A stretch of DNA of 64,000 bases from Spongospora subterranea f. sp. subterranea. Lineage: Eukaryota. The stretch spans positions 62,001 through 126,000 of the forward strand of contig JAUGWO010000067.1 in the NCBI GenBank assembly GCA_049724395.1, read 5' to 3'. The first letter of the stretch is position 1; every line of letters starts with the position of its first letter. Below the pieces are notes generated by a model. The model worked only from the letters and a program-made list of their open reading frames with translations. It searched no databases and was not told the DNA's origin. Of this stretch, positions 27,004 through 39,030 are shown piece by piece. Both the position numbers and the translations under genes were made by a program.

Positions 27004-30000
27004 ATGCGGCGCCTGCTGCGCCCATGCTGTGCCTGCCCATGTTCCTCCAGCACCGGCGGCCAGCAATACAAAAAACACGTGAAGAATGTGTTTCCTAAGA
27101 ACATCGAGTCGATGCCCGAACAGCCGCCCGTTCAGCCCGCCAACCTATCGGCCCTGGTTCATTATGCATTATCGTATCCCGAGCAGCTCGGGGCGATATC
27201 CAGGTATCTGCAGAAACAGCTGGCCAGGGAGTTGCGCCTCGACCACACGCTGGCCGTTCGGATCGCGGTCCTGGCCTTGCACGCCTTGATCGACGCCTGC
27301 CACACACAGCTACCCCAATACGAGGACCATATAATCAAAACGTGTATGTCCCTGTTCGACGACGGCCGACCTGACATGCAAATATTAGCATGTGATACGT
27401 TCAACAAAATGGTCCTCTACCAAGACGAATGGTCGGACTACAGGAAATTGTATCCGTTTTTCCATCGTCTTGTGGTTATGTGTCGACCTGATGATCAACC
27501 GGTCAAGGTCAGGACAGCGGGTATCGATTCGCTGTCGAAAATGGTCATGTTTACGGATGCGCAAAATTCGCTGGATCATCTGCCCATCATGATTCCCGCC
27601 ATCCTGGCGAATATCAATCAGGAAACGGATTCGAACTCGCGACAGCAGACGCTGAAGTCGGGAGGGTCACGACGCCACCATCCTTCCGATAGTTACGAGG
27701 ACGCCAACTCCCCTCATTCGCTGGCGGTGCAGTGCCTCCAGAATATCGGCAAACTCGGCACTCTGAACTCGACCGAAAAAATCCTGGAACCGATCCTGCA
27801 CTATCTTGACGATCAAGAATGGAGACCGCCGGAATTCGCCCGAAACTGCCTGAAAACGGTGGCGGACCACAGCAACGCCGATCATGGATATGGATTCGCG
27901 TATCTGCTGTTGAAGCATCTCGATTCGATATCCTTCCAACAGCTGGATCCTCAAAACTCGGGAGATGGCCAAGGACCAGGCGATTTGAAGCGTCAGATTC
28001 AGACGAGAATCGTTCAGGTAGCCGCAATCGCATTTCAGTTCCTTGTGGATTTCCCGTGGTGTAATTTCATTGGGTTTTTTCATCAGGTCACTGCTGAGCT
28101 TGTTCTAACGATGCGTCTGGACATCGGTCCATGGCAAGGCCTGATCAACTTCCTTCTACAACGTCTTGAACAGGTATTGATTTTCACCAATCAGTATTTT
28201 GTTGTTGATACGGTTTTGCCTCTTTTCAGGTGTCAGGAAACGAGCTGCTGGTCAACTTGCAAAATGCATTGATCAGCTGCGTTGCTGCATATTGCACTCG
28301 GCTCCCGTCGGCGTTCGACTACATCGACCTTCTGACCACGATCGTCGACCAGTTGCACAACAACAGACAGAACGGTTCTGGTGCCGCGGCCGTAAATCAC
28401 AATTGTAATCTGTTCCTGAAGTGTGCGCTGATTGCCGCGGAACTGAGGAAAGTGTCGACCCCGGATTGTTTTGTAACTGATCGCCTCATCTCGTCATTAC
28501 TCGATGTGGGAAGCGCTTTCTTCGACGGTTTCGCGATTCTCATTTTGCTGTTTAGATATGCGCCGATTCTCAGAATGTGCAAGACGACCATTTTGTTGAG
28601 GTTCATAAAATTCTACAGAATTTATCTCTGCCGTTTGAAGGTACAATCGTGGAACACCAGTAAACTTCGGTTATAACGCGCGTTTTCAGCAGGAGCCCCT
28701 TCGGTGCGATCGACTGGCAACCGGAATTTCGGGGATCCATCAGACAGCTCTGTTCGCGCATCTCAGAAACTCAACGTGTTCTTCAAGCGAACCATCATGG
28801 GCGGGGCCCAAGAGGATATGTCGAACTGGCTGCAGGACAAGTTCCTCTGCGACCGTCACCTGGCGCGAATATTCAACTCGATTCATCATCACATTATCGC
28901 CGCCGGATCCGAACCCGGTGGGTCGCCAAATGTGTGTGATCCATCCCTGTCCCGATGACTGACCGAACCCCCCATAGTTCATTTCGAAAGTTATTACAGG
29001 TCGCTGGTCGTACAGCTCCGGACGCACCCATATTTCTCCATCCTGGCCACGTTGCCGATGCTCTTCAGTTGGATGGATGTTTTTAGGCTTAGCGATGATT
29101 CGACCTCGGCACAGGTTAGATCGTGGCGATAAACGAAAACCTTGTCATGCTTAACAGTCTCATGCAGCGTATCAAAACTCTACGCGTTCATTTTTTGGTC
29201 GCAGCGTATTTGGTCACGCTATCACGAATTTGCGCGTTTCTTGACGCCAGAAGGACGGCGTCGGAACTTGACGAATTAGCCGGAGGTCATATCGCATTGC
29301 GTCCGGTTGGCCTTCAATGGAGTCCCGAACTTGGCCTGTGTGTTGCTGCCGAAGTTTCCAATACAACGGGTCAAGACGCTCCAAAGGCCGTCCCCATAAT
29401 CATTGACAGGTAAGGCCCATGAACGTCGTCTTCCAACGTAAGTTCAGCTTTTGGTATTCAGGGGCGCTGTTGTGCGAGCGGTCTGTCGAATGCCCTTTCC
29501 CGCAATGGATGCTCAAAAGGTTCGTGAGACACTCCTGGAGCGTTTTGAGACCGCGACGGCAGAAAGCCCACGACGCCATTCAATATCGTTATCTCCCGCG
29601 GTTGTTCTGGAACATTCTGTGTCTGAGAGTTCGAGCAACTCGGATTCGGCGGAAATGCCTGTTGATGAAATCGCGATCTTCGCCAATATCGATCCCGATG
29701 CTAAACAAGGGCTCTCCGCCACGGTGAGTCATGGCGTTGCTGGAAAACTCGTTGTCAATATTCTCGTTCAGGATGTGGAGCTAATGCTGGAGAACGAGGA
29801 CGAGAGCGAATCCGAGCAGGACGTGATGGTTCAAAGCGAGCGTATGTCGACCCCAACCCAGGACCAGTTCGAGGTGATGAGGTTGTGCGGCGTTGTTCAG
29901 TGCCGCTCTGATCCACGATATTTTGTTCAGAATGCGGCGCTCCTGTATTCGAAAAAGTCTATCCACAGGTTTGCGTCGATGAAGCTCATCTGCGGCATGG

Positions 30001-30588
30001 AGAATGAAGGCAGTGAGGAGACCTTTCGTGATCTGATCCGAACCGCGAGCAACGAAGATGTTCATAATGACGCCCCGGGAAACAGGTCGCTAATCTCTAC
30101 GATGTCCCTATAATTTTCTCATGTGTTTTGCTTGTCAGATGGGGGGATGCGGCGCTGGTTTCTCCATTGAGCGTACCCCGAATTCCAGCGATGCTTCGGC
30201 GAGAAAGTCGATCCAGTGTGCTTCAGTTGCCGGATAACCCGGAACCTATACTGAACGCACAGCAAATGCTGTCGGAACTCGACGTTGACTCGACCAAGGT
30301 GAACTTTGTCGCCGCACTTGGGACACTAGGCGGACTGATTCTCGTGTCCAGAGCCGCGGTTCAGAGGCGAAACGACAACTGTTCCCGCCTGGCTGGCAAA
30401 ATCCATCAGCTCTAGCCGCAGATGAAGAACCAGCGTCTGTATTATCCATACGGTACTTGTTGAATGTTGTGCCCTCTCCGTGTCCTATAGTTCATGTGTT
30501 TCCCCCGTTTTTTCTTTGTTCATACAGATTCCCACGAAAATCACTATCAGAAGATGTTGTCGTAGCGCCACCCAAGCTGGAAACCTGA
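27004..30588 (+). CDS. EFR3: EFR3-family armadillo-like protein (PI4K plasma-membrane anchor)
   Basis: N-terminal Cys cluster (CCACPC) and YKKHVKNVFP...LVHYALSYPEQLGAISRYL, typical of EFR3. Multi-exon to TGA 30588. Confidence 0.85.
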
Positions 30589-30838
30589 CACCACCGTCTT
30601 CGCTCACATCGTTATCCTATATTTATTCAACAAACAAAACCTGTAAATTTACTGTTTTCCTTTGTATTATCGCCAGTGTGTAGTTCCCTTCCCCGCCCCT
30701 TCCTTCCTTACTCGATTGAACGTGATCTTGTCGACCTGGGGTGTGCAACAGCCCTTCCCCGCCCATTCCGGGTCGATCCACTCGTACACATCTTGATCAG
30801 ATTTCGGAGAGCCCTTCACAATTTGAGCGCGCCCCCTT

Positions 30839-33462
30839 ATGGATCGGGAACGCCACACCACCGACGACAATGGGGCGTCATCGTCATCCGGGCGAAGACG
30901 ACGCCTTCGCGATATCGCCGATCTGCTGTTCCCATCCGAACCCGGCAGCCCCATCATCTCGGTCGATTCCCTGGTCGATCAGCTCCAGAAATCCATCGCG
31001 ATCGCCGATTCCTTACTGGCCTTACCGGATCCGATCCCTTCTCGTCCCCGCCGCCACCTCCCTCAACAACTTCCTTCAACGCCAATACTCCTTTCCCCGT
31101 CGGCCGCCGACCACCCGCTCATATCCCCGAAGCGCCTCCCCGACGACTTTGATCATCCGTCGCCCCGTCGTCCAACAGGAATTGCCCTGTTCAAATGTCA
31201 CAGTGCAGCCAAGGATATCAGTGAGTTTATCGCCATCGCCGTGGTCCGTTGACCCATTTCCAATCGTAGTTCGCGATCTGGTCGAGATGGTGCCGGAGCG
31301 ATTCCGGGAGGTGGCGCCACTGGACATGGCGCTGGCCTCCGTCGTCTGGACCGACCACACGATCACGTCGATCTACGACCAGGTTCTGGGTCATCAACGC
31401 GTGAACCATCTGCCGCAAATGCACTCGATCGTGACGAAATCGTCGCTGGCGCGTCTGCTGAATCTGGGGAAGCGCGTGCACGGGCCGGGCGTGTTCGACT
31501 ACTTCCCGGCGTCGTGGGAGCTCCCTCGGGACCGGATCGCCGTCAAGAAGGCGATGCGCGCGTCGGCGGCGACGTTCATCCTGAAGCCCAGCTCGGGTCT
31601 GCAAGGGCGCCACATCCTGTTGACCCGGAAATGGGATCACGCCGACAACATGCTGGCGCGGATGGCGAACGACGACAAGGGCGTCGTGGTCCAATCGTAC
31701 ATCACGCGCCCGATGCTGTTGAACGGGTTCAAATGGGACATGCGGATCTACGTCCTGATCGAGAGTCTGACGCCGTTGCGCGTCGTCATCTTCAAAGAGG
31801 GTTTGGCGCGATTCGCCACCGAGCCGTACGCGGCGCCCGCCGACGCCAACCTGTCGCGGGTGTTCATGCATCTCACCAACTACAGCCTGAACAAGGGCGC
31901 CAAAGGGTTTCGACGCGCCGCCGACGGAACCGGGAGCAAACGACGGATCAGCACCGTGCTGCTGCAGCTGCGGCGGGCCGGGCACGACCTGGACCTGGAG
32001 CGGTTCTGGCGATCGATCACCGACATCGTCGTGAAGACCGTGCTGTGCATGTGGCCGTCGATTTGGGGGAGTTATCAAGCCGTGTTCGCCGGCGCCGACG
32101 ATCGACAGCGAACGCGATCGTTTCACCTGCTCGGGTTCGATATCCTGATGGATTCCGATCGCAAGTTGTGGCTGTTGGAGGTCGGGAAGGGCGGGGCGGT
32201 TGTTGTTCTGTCGGCGACCGTATTCTGACGCGTCGCTCTCGTTCCATTGCAGGTGAATTCGTGCCCGAGCCTAACCCGCGACACCTCGGTCGACGCCGAC
32301 GTCAAAAACGCGGTTCTACAGACAACGTTGGCGATTGTACGCGATTCGGACCCGTCGACGACGACCGTTGATCAATCCGATCCTGGTTCCGGTCGACAAC
32401 CTCCACCGCCTTTAAAACCGGTACATTTGTTGGCCCCGCTTTTTCACCCGATTCCAGGATTGCATTGACGCGCTGGTTCATATATCGGGAGTTCATCAAC
32501 TTGAACTGTGTTTATTTGGGAAATCACACTGATGTGTTGTCGTGGTCATTGAATCGGTTGTTGATCAGGACGAGGTCAATATCCGAGAGCGAGGGCCAGA
32601 TCGACTCGACAACCGATCGCCGGGTGACAACGACAAGTTTGTACCGGACAGCGAGATCATCGACATCGTCCCGGAAAACGACGAACGCTACGCCGAGCTG
32701 TGTCTGTTCAAGGTGCCGTTGACCGGGGCGCGGCGCCCGGCCATCGACCGGTGGCGCGACCAGATCGACGCCCGCGACAAACACGCGCGACGCCGACACG
32801 ACCACGACGACGACGCGATCCTGTCGGAGCAGTTCCTGGTGGCGAAGGCGATGAAGAACATGCCGGCGACGATCGCGCCGCTGATCCAGGACGAGATGCG
32901 CAAGGAGGTCGCCCGCCTGCTCGGCGCCACCGCCTTCGCCAAATGTTTCGGGGGGACCAGAGCGCGTCACGACGACGCCCTGTGCTGCCCTCCGGCCACG
33001 ATGTCGTCCGACGAGCTGATCGCCGACAGCGACATGAGTATCTGGCGCCTGTTTCTGACGATGGTGTCGATCGACGCCCTGACCCCGATATCGTCGTCCA
33101 GCCGATTTCTGAAACTGCTGTCGACGTGTCATCTGACCAGTACCGGGCCCGGGTTCCAGCGATCGGACGCCGACCTGCTCTTTCAGCAGATGACGCAGAC
33201 GACGTCGAAACATTCCACGTCGATCGTGTCGAAATCCCCAAAGTATTCGATCGGGTGTGTTTTGTTGTGAAATCGGCGTTTGATGATGGTGTTGGTCCGT
33301 TTCAGGAATCGATTAGGGCGGATCATGACGTTCGACCTGTTCGTTGAGGCGTTCGTGGCGATCGCGTTGCGCCAATACCCGGACCTGTCGCCGCCCGACG
33401 CCGTCCGCAAACTAGTCGTCGCCGCCATGATTCGCGCCAGGAACGCCAACCTGCAATCGTGA
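30839..33462 (+). CDS. Tubulin polyglutamylase, TTLL11-like
   Basis: TTL motifs RVNHLPQM, FILKPSSGLQGRHI, FKWDMRIY, HLTNYSLNK, LLGFDILMD and LLEVN. C-terminal p25alpha-like region as in TTLL11. Start codon uncertain (30839/30870). Confidence 0.85.
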
Positions 33463-33936
33463 TCGGATCGGCGGGTAAAAACCCTGTTCCGGTCGTTATT
33501 CGTCCCGGATTCGCCAGTTAATGGTGTCGTGATCGATTTCGATCGCGGGTCCGTTGACCCCTGTCGAGCGTTGGCGGAAATCATGAACCTCCTCCGCCTT
33601 TGTTGGATTTAACCGGAAACGGTGTGGAGAACGATGGCGCCATGTCCTGCGAACGATCTCGGGATAGTTCGCCACGAACGACGGTATGGGAAACTGTGGA
33701 ATGGCGATCAACTCGCTGTTGAACGGGGTCAGAAATCATCGTCGTCCCAGTCTGATCGTGTTCGATCACGGCGTGATCTGTCGCTGGCGAGATTTGGCCA
33801 GAAATGTGCAATAAACACACCCAATGCATCGTTCAGTATCAACACGATGACAACCACCGCGATTACGGCTGGCTGAAAGGAGGTCGAAATCACACGATCC
33901 CCTGTGGGGTATCGGGTGATCTCGTTCAGCGACAAT

Positions 33937-35231
33937 TTTTGGTTGTCGTTTTGACAATCAACAGAGTTCTGGCCCCGATTCCCCTAGTTAAAGACAGTAT
34001 TCAGTCACACCTTGTTCTACAAATAAATCACTCTGATATTGTGTTTCTATAAATCCTACATTGCTTATTCACCCGGTTTCGCGAAACGACCAATCATCAG
34101 AGTCAACAATGCGAAATGATCGTGCCGAAACATGCAGGGGAGTTCCCTTGTTTGAAACAGTACAGGCGCCGATTTGAGAAAAAAGACCGATAGAAAAGCT
34201 GTTATCAGATTTTTAGACAAAAACGAAGCACTTATGAAGAACGAATCGAAGAACAGACGCAACTTGGACAGACAGTCGTTCCTGCCTCAACTGTGTCCAC
34301 AATTGATAAAACAACCTGTTGAAAACGCTATGCAAGTACGGTCAAATCATATCCAATGGGAGGCCCGTTAAGGATATCGAACAAGTCACCGACGAGCTTC
34401 TGAAAAAATACCTGGAAGCAATCAAGAAAGAACAGCCGGCGATGGAGGCGCCAGACTAACCACTCAAGTACTGTCAAGTCATTTGAAAAAGACGAATATC
34501 GTGGAGAAACGGGATATCATCCAACTCTTCAGCAAATGCGATCTGCTCATTGCAGAGTATGGTTTGGAAGAAACTCTGACTATGAAAGCGAACATGAAAA
34601 TCGTGTGCGAGCACTTGATCAGCGTAATTGCACCTGAGCAGTTACGAACTGATGTTGATTCAGCACCACTGAGTGATTCGATCTTGAAAGCACAAGCAAG
34701 AAACTATTCACGACGATCGGAAAGTATCATATCAAACATTTATAATACTAACAAACCACCAAAGCCTGAAAGCGCGAACAAAACCGCAACTACAAAAGAC
34801 ACCAATCCGAAAAATCGAAAGCGACAAATAATGCATATACTATCAGACGAAGCAAGGATGCCGAAAAGGGGCAGAATGCTCCGTTGCACATCAGAAAATA
34901 TCAGATGAGTATCTTTGTCGTCAATGATTTGAATAATACATACAAGAAGAGTGGCTCTTATTTGAGTGATGTTGGAGCCACGAGAAGAATGGTGTCGTCC
35001 TGATTGATACGGCTTGTTCTCGACATATGATCGGAACTAGAGACGTTCCTAAACGAATGCCGACACAAGACAATACATCCATTACTCGTCAATGAGAAGA
35101 TCGCATTTCCTGAGGAGTTGGATGATATCCCCGTCCTCCACGATATTTGTCTGTTTTCAGATGACTTGACGGTAGCGAGTGCAGGTCTGGAATCTCGATA
35201 TTGTGTTTTTGCAAATCCTAATTCCCCTAAT
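33937..35231 (+). mobile_element. Degenerate Ty3/Gypsy LTR-retrotransposon relic (gag + protease)
   Basis: AT-rich insert with broken gag-like frames (LFSKCDLLIAEYGLEE..CEHLISVIAPEQLR) and protease-like VVLIDTACS near 34995. Short direct repeat GATATTGTGTTT..AAATCCTA near both ends. ACAAT flanks both sides. Confidence 0.6.
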
Positions 35232-35566
35232 ACAATGCCAAGAACGGCACCCGTTCACCACGTGCCACACCACCACACCCCGAACGGGTCATGATCAAAC
35301 ACCGACCGATGATCGCCATTCACACAATAACCGCCCCCCGGTCGCCACAATCCATTCGTTGAACAACGGGTCGACGATGGTGGCGCCAATATCCCGCCGA
35401 TTCAAATTCCGTCAAACACGAACATTCTCTCGTGAATCCGAAGATCCGCTCGAACGTCGACACCGGAAAACAGCCGCCACCGACAGAGGGGGTTTCCCCC
35501 TTCACGGTACAGATTCGGTAGCGGGTTCTCCAACCCCGTCGACTGTGACGGGGTGTGTGTAGCGCC

Positions 35567-37534
35567 ATGGTCACGGCTGGTCCGGTCCTCCGATCCATGA
35601 CGAGGGGGCGGGTGGCGATTCCGTATCGATCCAATCGTTGCGTGTCGACGGCCGCCGCCCTTGCCGACGTGCGACGCGATCCGAAGCGCGTCACGTCGCT
35701 GCCGGTTCTCACCGCCCTCGCCCTCTATCAGCACGTCAAACGGACGCCATCGCCGCTGGTCGAACAGCTCCAGCCGTTGATCACCACCTCCCTCCTTCAT
35801 CATTACGATATCTACACGTTCGTTAACGGGCCCGTTCACCTGTTCATTCAATCCCTGGAATTCGCCCGCGATCTCCCCGAACCCCTTCCCCTCCTTCGCC
35901 ACATCGCCGCCCGATTCACAGCCGATAGCGCCGCGTTCCTTCCCGAACACGTCGTCCGGATCGTGCGGTTCGTGGCGCTGTTCAAGTCGGACGCCCATCG
36001 TCAACTCCTCCTGAACCGCATTGTCCCGCCCATTCGACTCCATCGCTATTCCCCCGACCAGATGGTCAATCTGATCGCGGCGATGGCACAGCTCCCCCGC
36101 CCATTCCGCCCCTTCATCGCCTATCTCGGCGTCGTCGGTCCGTTCCTCGTCCCGCGCTGCTCGTTCGCCCAGACGTCGTCGCTGGTGCGCGGCGCCATCA
36201 TGGATTTCGACCGCGAATCGCCCCTGATCCGATCGTGCCAGCGCCATCTCACCCAACTCCTATCGACTTCGTTGCGATCCGATCACGTCCCCCACGCCAT
36301 CCACACGTTCAATTCGCTGGCGCGCGCTGCCGCCGTCGATCCCATCACCCTGCGGGCGTTCGTCACCGCCGCCCAATCCGTCCCGTTCAGGTCGGTCCCA
36401 TTCCCATTGCTGTCGTCGTTGGTAGAGTCGGTCTCCCGCGTCGCGAATGGCTCCGAATTCCACGCCCGATTGCTCGCCGTTCTCGTTCCTGATGCGCTCC
36501 CCGGTCTGTCGTTCCAATCGCTATCGCGTCTCCTGTCGGGCCTGCAGAAACCGCTCGACGCCGTCATGGACGGCCACATCCTCAGCGTGTGCCGCTGCAT
36601 CGTGTCGGTCCCCGAACCGATCCCCGTCGAATTCATCGCGTCATACGGCCACTCGCTGGCGATCTCGCGGTCGTATTCGCCGGCCGTACTGGCCCGGCTC
36701 TGTTCGGACCTGGTTCCGCACCTGGTGACGAGCGGGCGGGTCTCGCACGAATCGCTGGCCAAGCTGCTGCTGGCGTTGGCCACGTTCTGCCACGCGCCGA
36801 CGCCCGAGTTCTCGGCCGCCGTCTCGACCTATATCGATCGGCAGCTGGACGCGGTTGACGACCCCCGATACCTCACCCGTATTGTTTGGTCGTTATCGGT
36901 CCTGTCGATCGGCAGCGATCATCGCCTCATTTGCCGAAACATTCTGCGATTCAACGGTCTGTACAACAAGGCGGAATCTCAGGTTCGGAACCTGACACCG
37001 TTCGTTGTCGTCAAACCCCGGTCTAATTTCGTGGGGCGTTTATTTTTCAGGTTTATTCACGATGTGTTATTTGATCTGGACGGTTCAGGGGTTCTAACGC
37101 CATTTCCCACGTCGTTGGGGAAACTGTTCAGCGACTCCCGCGCGATTCGCTCGGCGGTCGTGGTCCCGCGTTGGGATTTCGAGGACGCGGTCGTGGCGTC
37201 GCTGGCGCGGTTGAACGTGCCGTTCACGCGTCGCGCCCGTATCGGCCGATCCGGATATCGTTATGATCTGGTGCTGGAGCAGCTGAAGACGGTGATCGTG
37301 ATCAACGGCGCCGATCGATACGGTCGTGGATCGCGACTCCTTCTCGGCGTGGATGTGATCGCCCAGCGATACGTCGCACACATGGCGTGGTCGATCTGGT
37401 CGGTGCCGTTCTGGACTTGGGACCGGTTCAGCGCCGAACCGGAATCACTGGATCGTGCGATTCAAGCGGCAATCGCGTCGTCAGGCAATCTGGAATTGCA
37501 TCCGTTATCGTCAATCGAGGCCAGCACAACCTAG
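35567..37534 (+). CDS. RAP-domain helical-repeat protein (FASTK-like, likely organellar RNA processing)
   Basis: Arg-rich transit-like N-terminus and helical repeats (LLALATF, IVWSLSVL). C-terminal RAP-like YDLVL..VINGADRY..WSVPFWTW. Probable in-frame 51-nt intron 37000-37050. Confidence 0.75.
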   Translation: MVTAGPVLRSMTRGRVAIPYRSNRCVSTAAALADVRRDPKRVTSLPVLTALALYQHVKRTPSPLVEQLQPLITTSLLHHYDIYTFVNGPVHLFIQSLEFARDLPEPLPLLRHIAARFTADSAAFLPEHVVRIVRFVALFKSDAHRQLLLNRIVPPIRLHRYSPDQMVNLIAAMAQLPRPFRPFIAYLGVVGPFLVPRCSFAQTSSLVRGAIMDFDRESPLIRSCQRHLTQLLSTSLRSDHVPHAIHTFNSLARAAAVDPITLRAFVTAAQSVPFRSVPFPLLSSLVESVSRVANGSEFHARLLAVLVPDALPGLSFQSLSRLLSGLQKPLDAVMDGHILSVCRCIVSVPEPIPVEFIASYGHSLAISRSYSPAVLARLCSDLVPHLVTSGRVSHESLAKLLLALATFCHAPTPEFSAAVSTYIDRQLDAVDDPRYLTRIVWSLSVLSIGSDHRLICRNILRFNGLYNKAESQVRNLTPFVVVKPRSNFVGRLFFRFIHDVLFDLDGSGVLTPFPTSLGKLFSDSRAIRSAVVVPRWDFEDAVVASLARLNVPFTRRARIGRSGYRYDLVLEQLKTVIVINGADRYGRGSRLLLGVDVIAQRYVAHMAWSIWSVPFWTWDRFSAEPESLDRAIQAAIASSGNLELHPLSSIEASTT

Positions 37535-37831
37535 AGCAACGGTCGTCTGTCGGATTGTGGCGGCGGCGCTCTCGTCGGTTTCGGCCAGGACAGCGATACC
37601 CGACAGGATTCGGCCGATAACATTATTCGTCGCCCCGGCTTCAAAGATCGATCACGCCTGCCTGTCTCCATCGCGATCGCTCATTCGCTGCGTCGCCGAA
37701 CACGCGCTCGTTGGTTCGATCGAGGATAATACAGCCACGAACCCCATCTTTTTTTATTGGCCGAAACACAAACGTCGTCGGCTGAAAATGTCGGTTGGTC
37801 GTCAATCGTTCACTGAACTGTCTTCAGAATT

Positions 37832-39004
37832 ATGAGGAGTAGATCTCCGCTCAACGAACCGTCCGAAATTGCTCGACGGAGGCGGTCTCGCCGTCTCTCA
37901 ATCGATTCACCAAACTTGTACAATATCGGAATTGAGGACGATATCACGCCAAAAAAAAAAACAGTTATCAATTCTTCGAATCATAATCGAAGACAGTACC
38001 CACAATGCTCAAGATTAATTCTGGTGTCTTCAATGATATGTTGCAATTTCCCCGCGAGGCGGTTAAAAAACACCCAAAGGCGGTTAAAAAACACCAAAGA
38101 CGACCTGGCCACCTGCACCGCCATTTCGAAAACCTGATCGGTTCTGGTTTGGCGAACCCAACGTTGCGGCTGCGGTCGGGCGTTACACAAGTGGTGGTGG
38201 TTGGTGTAGCGCCATCCCACCCGTCTGTGTGTGAAGCTGCAATCGATATGACAGTGGGCCCCTGGTCCTCCTGTGATGTTCTGGGCCCGATCGGCCCCTG
38301 TTCGGGTTCTGTCGGGTTCAGGTCGTCAGTGTGGCCACGAGCGCGTTCCAGAATATCTGGAACGGGGCGCGATTTGGTCGAGGGCGGTCATGATTCCGCC
38401 ATCGCTGATAATGCATCTGCCCCTTTCGCAACGCCTCACCTGTTTGCCCGGTTCCCGCTACATCCTCAACGCCGAACAGCGAATCCTGACCGCCCTGTGC
38501 TATTGGGCACAGGTCGTCCCGAACGGGAACAAGCGATCGGGCAAGGCCAGGTTGGAGCGGGCGGCGCGACAGCTGGTGGAGCTGTTGAATGTCAATATGG
38601 CGTCGTTATCGTGGAAAGAGGCGTTGAATCAGGTCAAGGAACGGACGATGGAGATCGAGAGGCGGCTGGGGCGGGAACGGGCGGCCCGACAGGAATCCGA
38701 ACGGGTCATGGGCGAGCTGGAGCAGGCGCAACACGACCTGGCGCTAGAGCAGCGCCGCGTGCAGCTGCTGATACGGCGCCTGAAACGACGAAAGGAGCAG
38801 CAGGCGAAACTCGAAGCGATCCGGGTTCTGACCGAGTCGATCAAACAGCTGAACGCGCTGGTTATGGAACTGGAACAACTTCGGGAGGAACAACGCGCGA
38901 AGGAGATAGGGAATGAAACCAATCCACCTGCGGAAGTAAAACCAATCTCACTGAACCGCGACGCTGTTGGCAACGGAAAGCGATCGCAGAATGGCACTAG
39001 TTGA
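37832..39004 (+). CDS. Hypothetical coiled-coil protein (5' exon structure uncertain)
   Basis: ORF 38273-39004 with a strong C-terminal coiled coil. Upstream ATG ORF at 37832. Confidence 0.55.
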
Positions 39005-39030
39005 ACGGGGATGATCTGATCCGAACAATG

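Noticed and set aside
36983..37050. Possible non-canonical intron in the RAP gene
   Set aside because: A canonical in-frame GT-AG intron (37000-37050) or simple read-through explains it.
31227..38916. Long antisense or alternative-frame ORFs (31227-32126, 31514-32371, 32524-33213, 35402-36256, 38005-38916)
   Set aside because: Shadow ORFs of GC-rich genes with low-complexity composition.
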